A stretch of DNA of 32,000 nt from an uncultured Actinomycetes bacterium. GTDB lineage: Bacteria > Actinomycetota > Actinomycetes > S36-B12 > CAIYMF01. The notes beneath the pieces were generated by a model. That model was not told where the DNA came from and did not search any database. It was given only the letters and a program-made list of their open reading frames with translations. Positions 27,356-32,000 of the stretch are shown one piece after another (within the stretch, counting starts at the first letter, position 1; each line of letters begins with the position of its first letter). Position numbers and translations under genes: made by a program. Location: positions 2,640,001-2,672,000 of the forward strand of contig CAWJMG010000003.1 in assembly GCA_963843975.1 (NCBI GenBank), given 5' to 3'.

Positions 27356-28153
27356 ATGGATTCGTCACGTCGAGACGCCCGCCGATTCGGCCGCATCGGC
27401 TCGATCGCACTCACCACCGGTGTGCTGACAGGGCTTCTCGCCTTGTCCGGCGCAGCCGTACCGGCCTCCGCCGCACCATCTCCGAGCGGAACGCACCAGG
27501 TGGCGCGACCTGCCTGGGCGACCATGCCCGCCCTGGAACCAGGCGCACAAGGCCGGGCGGTGCAGGTTCTGCAGGGTCGACTCGGCGTGATCCAGTCCGG
27601 ATGGTACGGACCGATCACGCTGCGCAAGGTCAAGGCCTTCCAGTCCAGCAGGGGGCTTCGGGCTGCGGGCTATGTGGGTCCTCTCACCTGGCGTGCCCTG
27701 CTCACCATCCCCAGCAGGGACGCGACGGCGTCCCGCTCGTCGACGCGGTCCGCGATGCCAGCTGGCCGCGTCTGCCCGGCTCCGGGCGCGGGATTCGGGC
27801 AGGGATGGGGAGTGCCTCGCGCCGGCGGGAGGCTCCACCAGGGAGTGGACATGCCGGGACGCCGCGGCAGCGCCATCGTTGCGATCGAAGACGCCAGGGT
27901 GCTGCGCGAGGGGCGCCAGAGCAACGGGGCCCTACGCATCGTCCTTCAGGGCTCGAGCGGCGCCAAGTTCTACTACGGTCACATGGACAAGGACCTCGTC
28001 CGGCCTGGCCAGCGCGTGGCCCGCGGCCAGAAGATCGGTCTGATGGGTGATAGCGGGAGTCCTGGCGCGGTCCACCTGCACTTCGAGTACTGGCGCTCTG
28101 GTGGCGAGTCTGCGGCAGTCGATCCAGCAGCGCTGCTGCGCAGCATCTGCTGA
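27356..28153 (+). CDS. M23 metallopeptidase with N-terminal peptidoglycan-binding domain
   Basis: Start MDSSRRDARRFG behind GGGAAGAGG. Signal peptide, PG_binding_1-like GRAVQVLQGRLGV...GPLTWRALL, and M23 motifs HQGVDM and GDSGSPGAVHLHFE. Confidence 0.85.
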   Translation: MDSSRRDARRFGRIGSIALTTGVLTGLLALSGAAVPASAAPSPSGTHQVARPAWATMPALEPGAQGRAVQVLQGRLGVIQSGWYGPITLRKVKAFQSSRGLRAAGYVGPLTWRALLTIPSRDATASRSSTRSAMPAGRVCPAPGAGFGQGWGVPRAGGRLHQGVDMPGRRGSAIVAIEDARVLREGRQSNGALRIVLQGSSGAKFYYGHMDKDLVRPGQRVARGQKIGLMGDSGSPGAVHLHFEYWRSGGESAAVDPAALLRSIC

Positions 28154-28202
28154 CTCCGGCTGGCCGCGGGGCACCGCCCCCGTCCCGTGGCCAGCCGGGC
28201 AC

Positions 28203-28221
28203 GTTGACCGAACCTTCACAG
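28203..28221 (+). promoter_or_regulatory. Weak direct-repeat box j (GTTGACcgaaCCTTCACAG)
   Basis: The second unit CCTTCAC is good. The first unit GTTGAC matches only 3/6 and could equally be a -35 hexamer. Confidence 0.3.
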
Positions 28222-28303
28222 GCTGGCCGCGGAGATCGATACCCGAGCCCCCGATGGTGGAGACCGGAGATCGGCGAAGGGTCGGTCCCGCTCGGGAGTG
28301 ATC

Positions 28304-28891
28304 ATGATCAGCCACGACGGACCAGCCACCCGCCAGTTCGAGGAGCCGTCCGCCCGGACCAGCCCGCGCGCCCGCCGTCCCCGACGGCCGGTTCGGTCGA
28401 TCTCACCCGCAAGTGCTGGCATTGGGCTCCTCGCGACTGCGGCCATGGCGACGCTCTACGTCACCGTGCTCACGTGGGCGTCAGGATGGGGCCATGTCGG
28501 CGACCAGTTGCGCGCGTCGGGTCCGCTCGTGCCGGTGCTCTGGGTCGTCTTCGGGGTCCAGGTGGCCTTGATAGCCGATCTGCGTAGAAGGGCCCACCCC
28601 ACTGGTGGTGCGACGGCAGTCGATGCAGCGGGGGCGGGCGCGACCACCGTGGGCATGCTCGCCTGCTGCGCTCACCACGCCGTCGAGCTGCTTCCCCTCG
28701 CCGGCCTGGCTGGCGCTGCAGGTGTCGTCGCCGGGGCTCAACAGCAATTGCTGTACCTCGCTCTCGCGGTCAGCTTGGCGGGACTCGTCTGGACCGCGCA
28801 CCGATGGAGCCGGGCTGGGCACGCCGTGCCCTCCGAAGCCTTTACAGTTCCCACCGAGCGCAAGGATGCGATGCTCGCATGCGATCGTTGA
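28304..28891 (+). CDS. 4-TM membrane protein with intramembrane CCAHH motif
   Basis: ATG 28304 behind GGGAG (GTG 28298 also possible). Four predicted helices, the third carrying TTVGMLACCAHHAVELLP. No family recognised. Confidence 0.55.
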   Translation: MISHDGPATRQFEEPSARTSPRARRPRRPVRSISPASAGIGLLATAAMATLYVTVLTWASGWGHVGDQLRASGPLVPVLWVVFGVQVALIADLRRRAHPTGGATAVDAAGAGATTVGMLACCAHHAVELLPLAGLAGAAGVVAGAQQQLLYLALAVSLAGLVWTAHRWSRAGHAVPSEAFTVPTERKDAMLACDR

Positions 28892-29310
28892 CGATTCGCA
28901 CCCTGGTGGCACTCATCGCGAGTCTGGGACTTGCAGCCTGCGGGTCGGCTCCTGCGGCTATCACTACTGGAACTGCCACTGGGACGCTGCCGACCCAGTC
29001 GCAGGAGGCTGACGGAGTAACCGTCTCCGTCACACAGGCGCGCCTGACCCCGGACGCCGCTACCTTCGATGTCGATCTGACCGCCCACGCCGGCGAGCTG
29101 TCGAGCGATCTCACCACATCGCTGCTCACCGTGGACGGAACCAGTTGGGGTACCGCCACCTACGTCGGCGACGGGCCCGGCGGACACCATCGCAGCGGGA
29201 CCATAACGTTCGTCGGCCGCCGCCCGACCGCTGGGAAGGTGGTGCTGAGCATCCCCGCCGCCGCGGGGTCGGTAACCTTCCGCTGGACGAGCGGCCCCGC
29301 AGCAAGCTAA
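28879..29310 (+). CDS. Lipoprotein with His pair (GPGGHH), unknown function
   Basis: MRSLTIRTLVALIASLGLAAC|GS lipobox. Beta-rich mature part with TAHAGEL and GDGPGGHHRSGTITF. Overlaps the preceding gene by 13 nt. Confidence 0.6.
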   Translation: MRSLTIRTLVALIASLGLAACGSAPAAITTGTATGTLPTQSQEADGVTVSVTQARLTPDAATFDVDLTAHAGELSSDLTTSLLTVDGTSWGTATYVGDGPGGHHRSGTITFVGRRPTAGKVVLSIPAAAGSVTFRWTSGPAAS

Positions 29311-29340
29311 CGAGGGTCGGCTCGTCCATCCGCGGTCGCA

Positions 29341-29360
29341 CCTTCATCAAACCTTCATGG
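29341..29360 (+). promoter_or_regulatory. Direct-repeat box h (CCTTCATcaaaCCTTCATGG)
   Basis: CTTCAT at 29342-29347 and 29353-29358, 42 nt upstream of the predicted resA start. Confidence 0.6.
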
Positions 29361-29400
29361 CACTTGGCGACCGACACACGCGCCGGGCGCCTAGCCTTCA

Positions 29401-30051
29401 GTGGCCATGGCAGATCCCGCACGTCGTCCTATCGCTGCCGCGCCAAGTAGTCCGATCCTCTCCGGCCCGCGCGATAGCCGCGGCAAGAGTGCGGTGGCCG
29501 CACTGACTGCGGTCCTCGTCCTGACCTCCTGCTCCACGAGTCAAGGGTCAACCGACGGCACGCAACGCTACGTCGCCGGCGACGGAACAACGACTCTGCT
29601 CGGCGCGGATGAGCGCCAAGCCCCCGTCACCCTGGTCGGAGCCGCGCTGGACGGTGAACCGATCGATACCGCTCAGTGGCGAGGACGGGTGGTAGTGGTC
29701 AACCTGTGGGCTTCCTGGTGTGCACCCTGCCGCGCGGAGGCCCCCGTCCTGGAGGCGGTCGCTGCGGAGACTCGTCCCCGGCAGATCCGGTTCCTGGGGA
29801 TCGTGTCCGGCGGCAAAGACTCCATCGAGAACGCACGGGCCTTCCAGCGCCGGTACGGGGTGAGCTACCCGTCCCTGTTCGACGGCGACAACTCCCTGGT
29901 CCTAGCCTTCCGCGGCCAGCTTCCGATGGCCGCCATTCCCACCACGTTGGTCCTTGACCGGCAAGGTCGCGTCGCGGCCCGTGCGTTGGGCCAGGTCGAC
30001 AGGTCACGGCTCCTGGCGATGATCGAACCGATCCTGCGCGAGCCCTCATGA
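29401..30051 (+). CDS. resA: TlpA/ResA-family thiol-disulfide oxidoreductase lipoprotein
   Basis: Lipobox VLVLTSC and thioredoxin fold with VVNLWASWCAPCRAE. Precedes ccdA with an ATGA overlap. Confidence 0.85.
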   Translation: MAMADPARRPIAAAPSSPILSGPRDSRGKSAVAALTAVLVLTSCSTSQGSTDGTQRYVAGDGTTTLLGADERQAPVTLVGAALDGEPIDTAQWRGRVVVVNLWASWCAPCRAEAPVLEAVAAETRPRQIRFLGIVSGGKDSIENARAFQRRYGVSYPSLFDGDNSLVLAFRGQLPMAAIPTTLVLDRQGRVAARALGQVDRSRLLAMIEPILREPS

Positions 30052-30869
30052 CCGTGACCGGAACGATCATGGACGGTTCGCTGCTGCTCGCCTTCCCCCT
30101 CGCCCTCCTGGCGGGCGCCGTGTCCTTCTTCTCCCCCTGCTGCCTACCGCTGGTCCCCGGCTATCTGTCCTACGTCACCGGTCTGTCCGGCACGGAGCTC
30201 GCCGGGCAGTCTCGGCCCATCCCTGCACAGATGCCCGATGGCGGAGGGCGGGCGATCACGGCGCCCGCGCCGGCGCGCACGCCCCAGTTCGTGCGGACGC
30301 GGGTACTTGCTGGATCTCTTCTGTTCGTCGCGGGCTTCACCAGTGTCTTCGTCGCCTACGGCGTCCTGTTCGGAACGCTGGGCGAAGTGCTTTTCCGCTA
30401 CCAGGGGACGATCACGCGGGCCCTTGGCCTCGTGGTCATCGCCCTGGGACTTTCATTCCTCGGCGTCGTTCCCGGTATGCAGCGCCAGTGGCGTTCCCGC
30501 CGGCTGCCGCAGGTCGGGCTCTGGGGGGCGCCGCTGCTCGGAGTGGTGTTCGGCTTGGGTTGGACTCCGTGCATCGGCCCGACCCTGGCCGCGGTCCAGA
30601 CACTCGCGTTCACCGAGGCCAGCGCGATGCGAGGAGCATTACTCTCCCTGGCGTATTCGCTCGGTCTCGGTGTGCCGTTCGTCGTGCTCGGCCTGCTGTA
30701 CCGGCGGACGCTCGGGACCGTCGGTTGGGTGCGCCGCCACGGCGATGTGGTCATGAGGGTCGGTGGCGTGATGCTCCTCCTTGTCGGTCTGCTCCTGGTG
30801 ACCGGTACCTGGGACGCCCTGACGATCGGGCTACGGTCGTGGGTCAGCGGGTTCGGGACTCCCTTGTGA
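30048..30869 (+). CDS. ccdA: Cytochrome c biogenesis thiol transporter CcdA (DsbD family)
   Basis: FFSPCCLPLVPGYLSYVTG and GWTPCIGPTLAAV: two conserved TM cysteines in a 6-TM protein. Confidence 0.9.
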   Translation: MTVTGTIMDGSLLLAFPLALLAGAVSFFSPCCLPLVPGYLSYVTGLSGTELAGQSRPIPAQMPDGGGRAITAPAPARTPQFVRTRVLAGSLLFVAGFTSVFVAYGVLFGTLGEVLFRYQGTITRALGLVVIALGLSFLGVVPGMQRQWRSRRLPQVGLWGAPLLGVVFGLGWTPCIGPTLAAVQTLAFTEASAMRGALLSLAYSLGLGVPFVVLGLLYRRTLGTVGWVRRHGDVVMRVGGVMLLLVGLLLVTGTWDALTIGLRSWVSGFGTPL

Positions 30870-32000
30870 CTGATCCGAGAAGTGGCGCCCAGGAGCTCGC
30901 CGCCGCCCACGCGCGCCTCTCGACCGCCCCCGCCGAGCCCACGCCACCGGGCGGCCGCAGCTTCGGGGTCCTCGGGTGGGCGCGGTGGGCGTGGCGCACC
31001 CTCACCAGCATGCGCACCGCGCTGGTGCTCCTGTTCCTGCTAGCGGTCGCCTCCATCCCTGGATCGGTGTTCCCTCAACGAGGGACGAACCCGGGGGCCG
31101 TGCGCCAGTACCTTTCCGACGACCAGGTCAAGGGGCCCATCCTTGACCGGCTGGGCATGTTCGAGGTGTTCGCCTCCCCGTGGTTCGCCGCCATCTACCT
31201 CCTGCTGTTCATCTCGCTGGCCGGCTGCGTGATCCCCCGGGGGGTGCTCCACTGGCGAGCGATGCGTGCTCGCCCACCGGCCGCGCCGCGCCACCTCGAT
31301 CGCTTCCCCGAGCACCGACGGGTCTACTACGAGGAACCTGCCTCCCTAATTGTCGAGGTGTGCGCGGACCACCTGCGCGCATCGCGCTGGCGGGTGGACG
31401 TGACCACTGAGACGGTCGCAGCCGAGAAGGGATACTCGCGCGAGGTGGGGAACCTGGTGTTCCACCTCTCGCTGCTGGTGCTCCTCGCCGGCATGGCAAT
31501 CGGCGCGCTGGGAGGGTTCCGCGGCAACGTCGTCGTGCGCGAAGGTACGTCGTTCGCGGGCAGCACAGCGCAGTTCGATTCCTTTGCCCCCGGTCGGCTG
31601 TTCGGGCCGGAGTCGCTACCGCCGTTCAGCCTCACCCTGGACGCGTTCAGCGCGGACTTCCAACGTGGGGGGCAGCAAGACGGCGCTCCGCGCCTGTTCC
31701 GCGCCGACGTGACGCTGGTTCCGCGCCCGGGCGAGAGCGCGCAGCAGCGGCGCATCGAGGTCAACGAACCGCTCGAGGTCGATGGGGTGAAGATCTTCCT
31801 CGTCGGGCACGGATATGCGCCCACTCTCTCGGTGCGCACCAAGGCTGGGGACGTGGTGTTCCGCGACTCAGTGGTATGTCTGCCGCAGGATGCGGGCTTC
31901 ACCTCCACCTGCGTGGTGAAGGTCCCCGACGTCAGCCCCCAGCTCGGGTTGACCGGCTTCTTCCTGCCGACCGCGGCCCTGGACCAGGTGCGCGGACCTT
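30866..32000 (+). CDS. resB: Cytochrome c biogenesis protein ResB/Ccs1 (3' end outside window)
   Basis: Absent from the ORF track because no stop falls in the window. GTG 30866 (GTGA overlap with the ccdA stop) opens a stop-free frame to 32000: ...LTSMRTALVLLFLLAVASIPGSVFPQR...EKGYSREVGNLVFHLSLLVLLAGMAIG...VNEPLEVDGVKIFLVGHGYAP. Confidence 0.85.
   Translation, partial: MTDPRSGAQELAAAHARLSTAPAEPTPPGGRSFGVLGWARWAWRTLTSMRTALVLLFLLAVASIPGSVFPQRGTNPGAVRQYLSDDQVKGPILDRLGMFEVFASPWFAAIYLLLFISLAGCVIPRGVLHWRAMRARPPAAPRHLDRFPEHRRVYYEEPASLIVEVCADHLRASRWRVDVTTETVAAEKGYSREVGNLVFHLSLLVLLAGMAIGALGGFRGNVVVREGTSFAGSTAQFDSFAPGRLFGPESLPPFSLTLDAFSADFQRGGQQDGAPRLFRADVTLVPRPGESAQQRRIEVNEPLEVDGVKIFLVGHGYAPTLSVRTKAGDVVFRDSVVCLPQDAGFTSTCVVKVPDVSPQLGLTGFFLPTAALDQVRGP

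Noticed and set aside
31573-31582. GTTCGATTCC matching the tRNA-Gly T-arm, considered as a possible attR
   Set aside because: Only 10 nt match, it lies inside the conserved resB coding frame, and there is no extension into the acceptor stem. Most likely chance.

Overview
High-GC actinobacterial chromosome window. The left ~8.4 kb looks like core genome: MFS transporter fragment, VOC protein, META-domain lipoprotein, dcd, FUSC-like membrane protein, Pro-rich anchored protein and a class A PBP with a PASTA domain. It ends at tRNA-Gly(CCC), 8465-8535. Right of the tRNA lies a ~21 kb accessory-looking segment with no integrase, transposase, CRISPR or rRNA. This segment carries a copper-export operon (CopB-like ATPase with an unusual CPD motif, CopA, CopZ) behind a CsoR/RicR-type operator, with no csoR in the window. 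It carries three peptidoglycan hydrolase classes: NlpC/P60, M23 and M15 (the M15 coupled to a GNAT). Two of these sit behind clear ydaO-type c-di-AMP riboswitches. It also holds a translationally coupled operon (small protein, polytopic-membrane NodS-like methyltransferase, Lnt), a sortase-like protein, and an OmpR-family response regulator whose cognate histidine kinase is frameshifted. Further right are a CCAHH-motif membrane protein with a His-pair lipoprotein, then resA-ccdA-resB at the right edge. The main finding is an 11-bp-phased direct repeat (CTTCAT-N5-CTTCAT): six strong and one moderate copy in inter-operon gaps, one of them over a ccdA relic, plus weaker variants. My inference is that it is the operator of the resident response regulator. 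That would define a copper/envelope-stress regulon linking Cu(I) efflux, cell-wall hydrolysis, lipoprotein N-acylation and thiol-disulfide relay. Gene relics (a ccdA fragment, a decayed membrane gene, a TAG-interrupted frame) show the segment is a mosaic. All functional calls come from reading motifs by eye; no database search was possible.
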